A program made the translations under genes and the position numbers. Under the pieces are notes generated by a model. It was not told the origin of the DNA, did not search any database, and was given only the letters and a program-made list of their open reading frames with translations. A stretch of DNA of 64,000 nt from Octopus sinensis (Eukaryota), in assembly GCF_006345805.1 (NCBI RefSeq), contig NC_043012.1, positions 5,394,001 through 5,458,000 of the forward strand, read 5' to 3'. Shown piece by piece: positions 11,876 through 22,870 of this stretch; the stretch's first letter is position 1, and every line of letters begins with the position of its first letter.

Positions 11876-12883
11876 ATGGACACTCCTATCTCCTATTCAC
11901 CTGTATCAGGTGAAGAAAGTTCACCGGCGGTGACGCCGAAAACAGAAGAAGCCCCAGCGAAGAAGTTCGCAGAAAAAAACAGAAAAAAACAGAAAAAAAT
12001 CAACACGGAAAAATATGCAGCATGTTTGAAAAAGGAAGGTAATGAAGTGACAGTAATACCAGACGTCAGAAAGACAGAGGAAGTAGATAAAAGAAGGATT
12101 ATTTACAAAACATATAATACGACGATGAAAACCATTCAAAGAGTGGAAGAGGAAAAAATCGAGAATTGTCTAAAGACAATATGGAAGGACATCACATACA
12201 TAAACCGTGGCAGAAAATTTGGAACGGTTGAGATGAGGTTCAGGACTGAGGAGATAGCCAAGAAGCTATCAACCGAACCTCTAAAAGCGGAAAATATAGT
12301 CCTCCTCCCCCTGTACAGAGGCAGAAGGACCTCAAGAATATTAATAAAAAATATTCCGCCAGAAGCGGACGCCACATACCTAGTGGCGGCAGTGATGTTA
12401 GGCCTGGAGGACAAGATCACTATCCTCCAGGCTACAGTAGAGGAGGAGGAGTATTGGCAAGGCCAATGCATCTCAATGGCGATACAGGCGGAGGTCCAGA
12501 CGTTGGAAGAAATTCCAGAGATATTGAGGATCAGCGAGGAGGAGAGAGTGTTAGTGTTTGTGGAGGACAGAAAGCCGAGGTGCTTCGGCTGCGGTAAAAA
12601 GGGTCACGTGAGAGCGGAGTGCCAACCTAGACCGCAGGAAGCAGCACCGCCAGAAAAAGAAAAAACAGAAGAGAAAACAGAAGAGAAAACACCAGAAACT
12701 ACAGAAACCAAAGAAGCAACAGAAACAACAAGCGGCGAAGAAAAGGAAAAAGAGGAAGGGTGGTCAAAAATTACCAAACAAAAAAACAGAAAACAGAAAC
12801 CACCCCTCAGAAAGAGAGCCAAAAAAAGAGGAAAGAAGCGACGAATACATTTATGGCCATTAAGGCTGCCAACAACAGGCTAA
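11876..12883 (+). CDS. LINE ORF1p (gag-like, CCHC zinc knuckle); C-terminus probably frameshifted
   Basis: CFGCGKKGHVRAEC = CX2CX4HX4C, then a K/E/T-rich region; an alternative frame (12760-12948, TAA, then open to just before ORF2) looks like the original continuation. Confidence 0.85.
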   Translation: MDTPISYSPVSGEESSPAVTPKTEEAPAKKFAEKNRKKQKKINTEKYAACLKKEGNEVTVIPDVRKTEEVDKRRIIYKTYNTTMKTIQRVEEEKIENCLKTIWKDITYINRGRKFGTVEMRFRTEEIAKKLSTEPLKAENIVLLPLYRGRRTSRILIKNIPPEADATYLVAAVMLGLEDKITILQATVEEEEYWQGQCISMAIQAEVQTLEEIPEILRISEEERVLVFVEDRKPRCFGCGKKGHVRAECQPRPQEAAPPEKEKTEEKTEEKTPETTETKEATETTSGEEKEKEEGWSKITKQKNRKQKPPLRKRAKKRGKKRRIHLWPLRLPTTG

Positions 12884-13134
12884 TTAACGTTTTGGCAGCC
12901 ATGGCCAAGGTGGAGAAAATTAAAAAAACAAAAGACTGCATTGTTTAAAGAATAGGCCGGAAGGATTACGGACGGATAAAATCCGAATTCTTTCACGACG
13001 TGGGCCCTCTGAGATTGGACATATCTCCATATTTATACGAGGGCCTGCGTCGAACTCCCCCACGAGCCCAGGAAAAAAATAAAAGTGAAGAAGAAGAAGA
13101 AAAACAAGTCGAACCACTGAGATAGGGGTAAGTC

Positions 13135-16100
13135 ATGGATTGCATTTACGTTGGTTGTTTGAATGTGCGCGGCCGGGGTTCAAGCGGGAAGCAAGGTCGC
13201 TTCCTTAACGATATCAGGTCGCGTAATTTGGATGTTATTGTTGCTACAGAAACCCGGTTAGAGGGGCCAAGAGGTCTACTCCCGCTGTTTGACGGCTACG
13301 AGAGTTTTTTCTCTCCGGCCAGTCCTACAGGCGGGGGTGGGGTGTTGGTCCTATTAAAAAGAAACCGGGTTTTTGAGAAAAAGTTAATTTTTTCAGACCC
13401 AGAAGGCAGGATGGTCGTCATGGATTTGACGTTCAGTAACGGTAAAGTTATCAGACTGGTTGCAATTTACGCACCCAACCAAAAAGGGCAAAGTGATTAT
13501 TTTCGAGAACTGGAAAACTTTCTTGGTACTTCGCATTCATTAGTTGTGCTAGGAGACTTTAACACAATTTGCAAAGCGGATGTAGATTGTGTTGGCTCGC
13601 GTCCAGATAGAAAAGGCAACAGTGGCTTCATGGAACTGCTAAGCCGCTTTGAGCTAGCAGATCCTTATAGGCTGGAATTTCCGAACGCTCCATTGTGGAC
13701 ATGGTCAAACAGCGACGGATCTTCCAGGTCATACATAGATAGGATACTAATTAGAAAAGTAGACAGAAAAATAGCTAAGTGTCCACAGTTTTACATGGTC
13801 AGCTACAGTGATCATAAAATGGTCACCTGTAAGCTTGACATAGATAAGATTAAAAATAGAGGCTCCGGTTACTGGAAACTTAATACGTCCCTTTTGGCGA
13901 TTAAGGAGTACAGAGACCGGATTAGGACTATAATTCAGAGGGCGCTATCTGGTGCCATCATTAATAACAAATGGTGGTATGCCCTCAAGCGAGCCATCAA
14001 ATTCGAGTCTATTAGATATAGCAAAGGATTAGTGGCTAGAGAGGCTAGGAGGGAATCTACTCTAGTTAAGGAATTAGAGAAAGCCTTGAAAACTGGCTCT
14101 GCGGCTCAGGTGATGGCCAAGAGACTGGCGTTAAACCAGCACCTCGAGGCCAAACACATGGGCTGCATTGTCAGGGCTAGGATCCGCGCAATGGGTTGTG
14201 AAGGAATCAACGCCGTGAGATGGGCCCGAGTGGTGGAAGCTCAGCGTGGTAACGACGCCACGATTCGATCTATGACGAACCAACTAGATGAGTTGATAAA
14301 CGAGCCCGAGGAGATGTGTGAGGCCTTTCAGGAGCACTTCGCTCAGCTTTTCGGTGAGTGCGGCGGACTGGATAGGAGGAGAGCCTTTACGGACCTCCTC
14401 GACGGGCTGCCGCGCTTATCGGGGCGAGATGCGGAGGGCTGTGAAGGGCCAATCACGCCTGGGGAGGTGGTTGAGGCGATGGCGGACTGCGGCGCGGGCA
14501 AGGCGTCGGGTTTAGATGGTCTACCCTATGAGTTATATAAGAGTATGCCAGACTTGTTCGGGCACCTACTGGCGGAGGTCTATGCGAACTGGCAGCAGAA
14601 CGGGTTCATACCCAGATCTGTGCGCCGGGGAGTAGTGACACTCATCAGAAAGGACCCGATCAAGGGGGAGTGCATTGATAATTTCAGGCCCATCACTCTG
14701 CTAAACACAGAGTTGAAGATTTTGGTCAAAGTGTTATCAAAAAGATTGGCGCGTGTCGCGGATGGTCTGATCGGGGAGGCACAGACATGTGCCGTTCCCG
14801 GCAGAACCATTCAGGATAATCTCCATCTTATGCGGTACACTATAGAGGGGTTTAATAGTGATTCTGGCAAGGGTGGGGCACTGGTCCATTTAGACCAATC
14901 TAAAGCATTCGATAGGGTCGACCATCGCTACCTGGTATCTGCCCTGGCACAGTTCGGGCTGGGCCTTGGCTTCCTCAGGTGGATTATCCAAATTTACGAC
15001 AACATCGACTCGGTAGTTCGGGTGAACGGCTTCTTGTCGAAGCCGTTCAACATCAAGCGCTCGGTTCGTCAAGGGTGTCCGCTCTCCCCGCTTTTGTACG
15101 TGATGGCTCTTGAGCCATTACTGCGAAAACTGAGCGGCATCCCGAGACAGCCAGGTTGTGGAAAATCGGTGTCAGCGTACGCGGATGACATCACCATCAT
15201 CGTAACCGAAATGGATCACCTACGTAAAGTAGGCAAGGCCATAGAGGTTTACGAGACGGTGACAGGAGCAAAGGTTAATCGCGAAAAGTCAGTCGGCTTG
15301 CAACTCGGCACCTGGAGAGGCAAGTCGATGCCTCCTGACAGCGTCGTGGGACGGTGGACGGAGGGTCCGATTAAGTTGCTAGGGGTTTGGTTCGGTCCAG
15401 GCCTCCAAATAGAGAAGAATTGGGGCGAGGTATCGAGCAGGGTGGCTGCAGTAACCAAGACCTGGTCTTGGCGGTGGCTATCTCTGAAAGGGAGGGCGGA
15501 GGTAGCCAATGTGTTTATCGCATCGGTTAACACCTACCGCCTTTCCGTCGTTCCTTGCCCTGATTCGTGGTTGATCAAGTTGGAAAGACAGCTCTTCTAC
15601 TTCTTGTGGAAGGGCGGGAAACCACTTGTGAAACGCTCTACTTGCTGTCAACAACCGTTAAAGGGTGGGCTAGGGATGCCTTGGCTGATGATGCGCAGAC
15701 ATGCGCTGAGGTTAAGACATCTGTGGCTCTACCTGGATGGTGAACGGGTGTGGTCTCCGCTAGCAAAACTGATGTTTCCCAAGTTCACTTGTTTCGGTGG
15801 ATGGGAAACCTGGCTGAATCGTAAATCGAAACTGGGCACATGGTACACAGAGTGTCGCAAGGCTCTCCTGCTATTCCGTCGCTCGGGCAACGCCTGCGGT
15901 GGGGGTTCCACCACATTCTTCTATAGAGGGTTGGTAGAGGCGGAATGTGAAGATACCTTGGGGGAGACCCTAGGTCTCGACGATAATCAGCTGGCCAGTC
16001 TGTTCCGACGTACGTTCGAGCCGAAGACACTGGACAACTTCCAGAAGTCTCTGGCATGGCAATGCTACAGAGGAGCTCTACCTGTTCGGGATAAACTCGC

Positions 16101-16530
16101 AAGGCACGGTGGCCAAGACAGTCCGATATGTCCAAGATGCGAGCGGGATAGGGAAACCGTCCCGCACGCTATTGTTCATTGTTCGGTCGTGTCTGAGGTG
16201 TGGGTTTATGCCGAACAGCTGTTGTCAAGCACACGAAGAGTACAGCTGTCGACTGAGTCTATTACAAAAATTGACCCACCAGATTTCCTCGCGAAAGAAG
16301 GTAAGAATTGTTTTCTCGTTGTAGTAGCAATTGCGAAAGAGGTGATATGGAAGGCGAGAATGAAAGGTTTACGGTCAGGCAAGTTCATATCCGGCCCTGG
16401 TTTGATGAATTATTTCATCTTTCACCTGAAAAGGAAGATAGGGCTGGAGAGAATATGCCTGGCTAAGAGAGTGTATGAAGAACGATGGAAAGATGTAGCA
16501 CGAAAGTTGCGAGTGAATGATACCACATAA
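13135..16530 (+). CDS. LINE ORF2p: APE endonuclease + reverse transcriptase + C-terminal zinc finger, intact 1131 aa
   Basis: LNVRG, ATET, GDFN, SYIDRILI, SDHKMV, WKLN (APE); SGLDG, FRPITLLN, DQSKAFDRV, VRQGCPLSP, YADD, LLGVWF (RT); CPRC...HAIVHC. Confidence 0.97.
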   Translation: MDCIYVGCLNVRGRGSSGKQGRFLNDIRSRNLDVIVATETRLEGPRGLLPLFDGYESFFSPASPTGGGGVLVLLKRNRVFEKKLIFSDPEGRMVVMDLTFSNGKVIRLVAIYAPNQKGQSDYFRELENFLGTSHSLVVLGDFNTICKADVDCVGSRPDRKGNSGFMELLSRFELADPYRLEFPNAPLWTWSNSDGSSRSYIDRILIRKVDRKIAKCPQFYMVSYSDHKMVTCKLDIDKIKNRGSGYWKLNTSLLAIKEYRDRIRTIIQRALSGAIINNKWWYALKRAIKFESIRYSKGLVAREARRESTLVKELEKALKTGSAAQVMAKRLALNQHLEAKHMGCIVRARIRAMGCEGINAVRWARVVEAQRGNDATIRSMTNQLDELINEPEEMCEAFQEHFAQLFGECGGLDRRRAFTDLLDGLPRLSGRDAEGCEGPITPGEVVEAMADCGAGKASGLDGLPYELYKSMPDLFGHLLAEVYANWQQNGFIPRSVRRGVVTLIRKDPIKGECIDNFRPITLLNTELKILVKVLSKRLARVADGLIGEAQTCAVPGRTIQDNLHLMRYTIEGFNSDSGKGGALVHLDQSKAFDRVDHRYLVSALAQFGLGLGFLRWIIQIYDNIDSVVRVNGFLSKPFNIKRSVRQGCPLSPLLYVMALEPLLRKLSGIPRQPGCGKSVSAYADDITIIVTEMDHLRKVGKAIEVYETVTGAKVNREKSVGLQLGTWRGKSMPPDSVVGRWTEGPIKLLGVWFGPGLQIEKNWGEVSSRVAAVTKTWSWRWLSLKGRAEVANVFIASVNTYRLSVVPCPDSWLIKLERQLFYFLWKGGKPLVKRSTCCQQPLKGGLGMPWLMMRRHALRLRHLWLYLDGERVWSPLAKLMFPKFTCFGGWETWLNRKSKLGTWYTECRKALLLFRRSGNACGGGSTTFFYRGLVEAECEDTLGETLGLDDNQLASLFRRTFEPKTLDNFQKSLAWQCYRGALPVRDKLARHGGQDSPICPRCERDRETVPHAIVHCSVVSEVWVYAEQLLSSTRRVQLSTESITKIDPPDFLAKEGKNCFLVVVAIAKEVIWKARMKGLRSGKFISGPGLMNYFIFHLKRKIGLERICLAKRVYEERWKDVARKLRVNDTT

Positions 16531-16991
16531 ATGTAAAACTAAACGAAACGAAAAGTATCAGTGGGGAGGCGGGTCTCGTGGGGTCCGAGCTAAACCCGCC
16601 CCCACTCTATCCGTAATGTCTTCCGGTCTGTTCCCCATTCGATTTTTTCTATTTTTGAAATTTTTGTAAACCCATTCGTATATCTGACCCCACATCAGAT
16701 TGTATTGTCCCCTCTATGTTCGCCCCTTGTGGGTAATAATAAAACAATTCCAGTCTGTAATATATTTTGAGTATTGTTATCACGAGCGATATCAAGATAT
16801 AACTTTGTGTTTTGCATTTTATGTGTAGATGTATATATATATAAATGTACATGTAATATGTACACATATATATATACACATATATACATGCACTAGCACT
16901 ATGACCCGGCAACGACGGGTGTTTAATGCTAGTATGTTTATAAATGTGCACACATATTCACAAGCACACACGCAAACACATACACGCATAT

Positions 16992-17254
16992 GGTGTTGGT
17001 GGTGGTAGTGGTGGTGTTGGTGGTGGTGTGTGGTGGTGGTGGTGGTGGTGGTAGTGGTGGTGGTGGTGGTGGTGGTGGTGGTGGTGGTGGCGGTGGTGGT
17101 GGTGGTGGTGGTGGTGGTGGTGGTAGGGTGGTGGTGGTGGTGGTGGTGGTGGTGGTGGTGGTGGTGGTGGTGGTGGTGCGGTGGTGGCGGTGGTGGCGGT
17201 GGTGGTTGTGGTGGTGGTGGTGGTGTGGTGGTGGTGGTGGTGGTGGTGGTGGTG
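16992..17254. repeat. (GGT)n microsatellite
   Basis: Direct reading, ~260 bp with a few interruptions. Confidence 0.97.
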
Positions 17255-18257
17255 CACAATTAATAACTGTGGTGAAATAATTAAATTTCTCCCTTAAATA
17301 CCCACTCCAATGGGCCTTTCACCAGGCTCACTCTTACGAACTGTATTTTGACTAATCGGTATGTGACTTCAATGTCACGCCAACTAAGTGCTAACTGTAT
17401 TTCGACCAATCAGTAAGTATCTTCGGTCAGTTCTTTCAAACTCTCTGATGTGACGTACCGGCATTTTTCCCACCCAATGTGCCACGAACCGGAAACGCTT
17501 CTTAGTAATATTAATTTATACCGGTAACAATATATATAATGACTATAAAAATAGTTGACAATTTTAAATTTTTTTTACTTATATTAGTGGTTTCACATGA
17601 ATGGGAATAAATTATGTGAGTGAATGTGTATGTGTGAATATAACTGTCTATGCGTATGAGTATGATCGTGTACACTAGGGCGTGAGTGTGCACAGGCGTG
17701 CGGGTGCGCGCGCCTGTCTGGGTGATCGTGTAGGTGAACGTGCATGTGTGTGACTTATAATCAGTACACAGTTTTGTGTTACAGGCTGGAAGGAGAACGG
17801 AGAAAAACTAGAGCCTGAAATAATAAAGAAACATTTTAGTTATGTGTTTTTCTTACATAACAAATGTCAGCGGCCTTGTTACTGTATCGTCTGGCACGAC
17901 TATCAATAAACTGCATTTTTTAATAGGACCAAAATGGTTTCTAACTTGTTTTAAAGCTTGTCTACGAAGAAATAAAAATCATATGAATGCGAGACCTTAT
18001 TTTTGTCTTCTTGCTATTAAAACGAAAATTTTTCACTGAGAACCTAGAAACCGAATTACTCCTATCCTTAAAATTCCTAGCATTGCCTCCTACGTTAGAA
18101 ATAATAAGGAATCGCTGAGGTGGTTGGGGCGTCAAATATGTTCGCTGGGATGTGTAACCCGCTCGTTAATTGCTACTTTAACATACAATTCGTTTTAAAG
18201 TATTAATTTTCTCAAGTTTCTGACAACCATGAAAATATTGTGGAAAAACCTAACACA

Positions 18258-18412
18258 GGAGTGACTGTGTGGTAAGTAGCTTGCTTACCAACCACATGGT
18301 TCCAGGTTCAGTCCCACTGCGTGGCATTTTGGGCAAATGTTTTCTATTATAGCCTCGGGCCGGCCAAAGCCTTGTGAGTGAATTCGGTAGACGGAAACTG
18401 AAAAAGCCCATC

Positions 18413-18499
<87 letters not shown>

Positions 18500-18715
18500 A
18501 GTGTGTATATGTTTGTGTGTCTGTTTGTACCCCCAACATCGCTTGACAACCGATGTTGGTGTGCTTACGTCCCCGAAACTTAGCGGTTCGGCAAAATGGA
18601 CCCGATAGAATATGTGCTAGGCTTACAAAGAATACGTCCTGGGGTCGATTTGCTCTACTAAAGGTGGTGCTCCAGCATGGGCGCAGTCAAATGACTGATA
18701 GAAGTAAAAGAAAGA
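18258..18715 (+). mobile_element. tRNA-headed SINE, family D, with internal (TG)n
   Basis: GGAGTGACTGTGTGGTAAGTAGCTTGCTTACCAACCACATGGTTCCAGGTTCAGTCCCAC head; copies at 24290, 38335(-), 42565(-), 44345(-), 53440(-), 54650(-). Confidence 0.9.
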
Positions 18716-19339
18716 AAAGAAAAGAGAATTTACTTGGACTAATAATAAGGCAGTGGGTATATTGTGGGTGGGGAATATGCGATGTGGGTCATATTGGAAT
18801 GCCCGTGCTTATAGGTCCGTGAGTAGGGTTAAACAACATCTACAGCTAAACCACTTTGCTATGAGCCAGCCTGGGATCCCCCGTGCAGCCACTTGATACA
18901 CTAGAAATAGCAGACAAACCTTCTTCAGATCATTCTCCACTAAACGGGAAAAGTGTGTGCGAGCGTGTGTGTGTGTGTGTGTTATGATGAAGTGGCAATG
19001 ACAAACCAAAGTTATGATGAAGAATTAGGAAAATGAGTTAAGGTAAAAGAAACAATTGTAATAATGACTTATAAAATTAAAAGGATAATTATGAAATTAA
19101 GATAGGATTTTTTTAAGGCTGTAATAAAGAAAGAATGGTAAGAGTAATGATAAAACAGGAATGATCGTTTCAAAAGAGTTATAAGTAGTTCTGATAAAAA
19201 TTAATGATTAAAAAAATATACATATTTTTTTTTTGTCAAAAAAATTAAAAGTTACGATTAAGATATTATTATAGTTATGATTAATGACATTGAAAATATC
19301 AAAAATTAGACTAACTTATTTAATGAATCAAGTATTCTT

Positions 19340-19725
19340 TTCTACTCTAGGTACAAGGCCCGAAATTTTGGGGGAGGAACCAGTCAATTAGACAAACCAC
19401 AGTACGCAACTGGTACTTCATTTATCGACACCGAAACACAAAGTCGACCTCGGCGGAATTTGAACTCAGAAATTAAAGACAGATGAAATACCTGTGTCTT
19501 TACTACACACAAGGGGTTAAACACAGAGGACAAACAAGGACAGACAAACGGATTAAGTCGATAACATCGACCCCAGTGCGTAACTGGTACTTATTTAATC
19601 GACCCCGAAAGGATGAAAGGCAAAGTCAACCTCGGCGGATTTTGAACTCAGAACGTAGCGGCAGACGAAGTACCTCTAGGCATTCCGTCCAGCGTGCTAA
19701 CGATTCTGCCAGCTCGCCGCCTTTA
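19340..19725 (-). mobile_element. Family C SINE: one near-complete copy plus a fragment
   Basis: Head, central domain and 3' tail (reverse complement TTGTCCTCTGTGTTTAACCCCTTGTG). Confidence 0.88.
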
Positions 19726-20955
19726 GTGAATTAAGTATTGTAACATTGATATGATACTGTGCACCTACTTTTGCACACATGCACCCCTGAGTACATACAC
19801 AATGACAAATATAAAAACGCACAAACTGATGTTATGTGGAAGTTATGGCGTAGAAACAATGATAAAATGAAAGGAGTCGTTGTATGGTTTGCTTCCCAAC
19901 CACATGGTACGATTAATCAAGCAATCGACCTTTTAATTGGTTAATTAGTTAACTGGATTGGCTAATGACAATAAAAGAAACTGGAATAGAACCAGTTCAT
20001 GTGTTTATTGTCGGCAAAAATACACAACGTCTGTTAAAACATAGGATTTCACACCGAAAGTCTTGCGACAAAATAAAGACTTTGTTTGAAAGTTAATTAT
20101 TGCGATTTAAGAAAATATAAAAGAGAATGACAATAAATGAAAAAAATACAAACAGAAACAAAACAAAAAAAAACTATGCAAGAATGGAGAGTGATTATGA
20201 TTATATATTACCTCTTTGAATTAATTGCTGCAAAAAACAAAGAGAACTGAAGGAACGAAGGTATAGAATGTCAATAGTGAAATGTAAGCGTTGAAATATT
20301 AAATAACGGGAAACACTATTTGATTGGTTCCCGCAGAAGCGGATAATTCGAGCTGAATTTCTGTAAACCTTCCTCTGCTTTGTTTTGTTTTGTTTATGGG
20401 TTTTTTATGTTTGTTTTTTGTTGTCTTTTTTTGTTTTGTTTTTCTCACATATTTTTTGACAGTTCTGACGTCATGTGTATGTGTTTGTTTGTGTGTATAT
20501 CTGTGTACGTGAGAGTTTGCAAATACAGTTTCGCGTTTGTGTATTTGTGTTCGTGTACGTCTGTGCATCTATATGCTTATGTGTGTACGTGCATGCGTTC
20601 CGCTGAATGTGGTCGTGAAAGCACCCACAGTCAATACTAGCACAAACATACAAAGACACACAAACACACCCTCGCATACATATGTATGTCATTGTTCAGT
20701 TTTATTCGAAGATTTCTTGCCAATAGAGAAAGAACCGGTTTCTAATCTAGGCTCCGAGGCCCCTTCACTAGAATTTCAACATCAACAGCAAGGTATCTCC
20801 GTTTGTACTTATGTACGTATGTATGTATGTATGTATGTATTTACGTACGTATAGGAGCAAATTTGTATATCTTGCTTTATGTATGTATTCTCATGCATAT
20901 AGTTGCATGTCTTCGAACAGAAAAAGATTCATATGTATGTATGTATGTATGTATA

Positions 20956-21032
<77 letters not shown>

Positions 21033-21077
21033 ATACATACATACATACATGCATGCATGCATACATACATACATACA

Positions 21078-21110
<33 letters not shown>

Positions 21111-21252
21111 TTACATGTATAAGTATACATGTATACATTTATATACATGTATACATGTATATAGATGTATAAAAAACAAAGGACGAAGACGGGTGTTTAA
21201 ACAACAAACAGATGTATTAGTTTAACGCTCGGGAAGTGAGAAAGTATATAAG

Positions 21253-21336
<84 letters not shown>

Positions 21337-22051
21337 CACGATAAAGTAAGTCGAGGGTCACCAATTTGTAGCGGGAGAGATTTGTTGTTACAATTGCATA
21401 CTGTAGGATGTGAAAGATGAACAATGCATGAAGTTTTAAGAAACTGTTTATTCACTGTTACTTTGAAAAAATCCATACCTCGACGAGCAGGTTATAACAT
21501 CCGAGAGCATGCAAAATAAAGTTAGATATGGTAGAATGTTTTGCATGGTTTGGCGTACACAAATTATTGGTAGTAATCCACAGATAGCGATAGAATGATG
21601 TTGTAGAGAACAGAATTAGAGCTAGTTGCTGACAGTAAACTTTATTTCTTCCTCTGACCAATGTTCTAGCTGGTCAGCCAGACGTCTTTGTCACTAAGGT
21701 GACTAACTGATTGAGTCGTCACCATGTCACTGCACTCGCTGAGTTGTCACCTACTGATTTTTGCCTGGGGTGTTCTTGCTTTTATAACTATCCAGAAGTA
21801 TAGATATATCATTGAGAACAAAAGATTTAGTTGATGGTCTTGTTATCTCTATCCTAGCATTTGGTAAAGTAGAAGACGTTAGATAGGGTCAAGTGATGAA
21901 AACATTATTTTAGCGTAGCTAAGGGCAATCTGGAAAATGTAAAACTGCTGTCAGAGAAAAATCATTGTTCCACTGTGGGAAAAGTTCTGTTGATGTGTTA
22001 ATTAAAATTTGGCCACGGTGGATCGAATCCACTTCATGCATGCAAGATACA

Positions 22052-22161
<110 letters not shown>

Positions 22162-22530
22162 ACAAGATAAGGGCAGAAGAAAAATTCTAATGCCAAATAT
22201 GCCGAAACAAAAAATTGTCGATAACCATTATAATTTATGCGTCTCGAAACAAACCGATAGAAATCTCTAAAAAATTCGTTAATACTGTATTGGTCCAATT
22301 TCGGGGTTAATTCATAAGAAAATTTTCTCCTCTTCAGCGGCAAATACGCGAGATATAAGTGAAATACTTACTCATACCCATGGAAAACGCAAGCTCTAAG
22401 TCCTGAGCAGACTTAAGTACCCCAAATATATCCAAAATAGAAAAATCTTCGGCACATCTCAAGACACGTGTGATTCGAACTAGAAACTTTCACAGAGTGA
22501 TAGAATCCGGAAGTGAACACTATTTAAATT

Positions 22531-22839
22531 TATAACTAATGTAGGATAAAAATTTTATCAATGGCCAGCATATCAAAAAATACCTTTAAAGGTTAAATTT
22601 ATAAATAATTTACAAGATAAGGGCAGAAAAAAAATTCTAATGCCAAATATGCCGAAACAAAAAATTGTCGATAACCATTATAATTTATGCGTCTCGAAAC
22701 AAACCGGCATATTTGGCATTAGAATTTTTCTTCTGCCTTTATCTTGTAAATTATTTATAAATTTAACCTTTAAAGGTATTTTTTGATATGCTGGCCATTG
22801 ATAAAATTTTTCCCGAAAAAAATTTTATCCTACATTAGT

Positions 22840-22843
<4 letters not shown>
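22531..22843. mobile_element. Foldback MITE-like palindrome
   Basis: Arms 22531-22654 and 22705-22843 are near-perfect inverted repeats around a 50-bp spacer, TA at both ends; a partial direct copy lies at ~22157-22258. Confidence 0.88.

Positions 22844-22870
<27 letters not shown>

Larger units (their letters stand above)
11595..16742 (+). mobile_element. Full-length L1-clade (Tx1-like) non-LTR retrotransposon
   Basis: ORF1 + ORF2, A-rich 3' end AATAATAA, and 10-bp direct repeat AACAATTCCA at 11585-11594 and 16743-16752 (TSD). Confidence 0.93.
11049..16932 (+). mobile_element. Non-autonomous Helitron-like element (~730 bp net) split by the LINE insertion
   Basis: A|TC 5' end at 11049; 3' hairpin ACCCG-GCAACGA-CGGGT (16904-16920) then CTAG|T (16929-16933); no TSD. 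Confidence 0.6.

Noticed and set aside
17334-17500. CCAAT/CRE/ETS-like cluster as a host-gene promoter
   Set aside because: No recognisable exons downstream, so it cannot be supported
11445-17614. 29-bp exact repeat AGTGGTTTCACATGAATGGGAATAAATTA at 11445 and 17586 as the LINE TSD
   Set aside because: It is far from the LINE ends and the true TSD is AACAATTCCA; more likely a second fragment of the host repeat family
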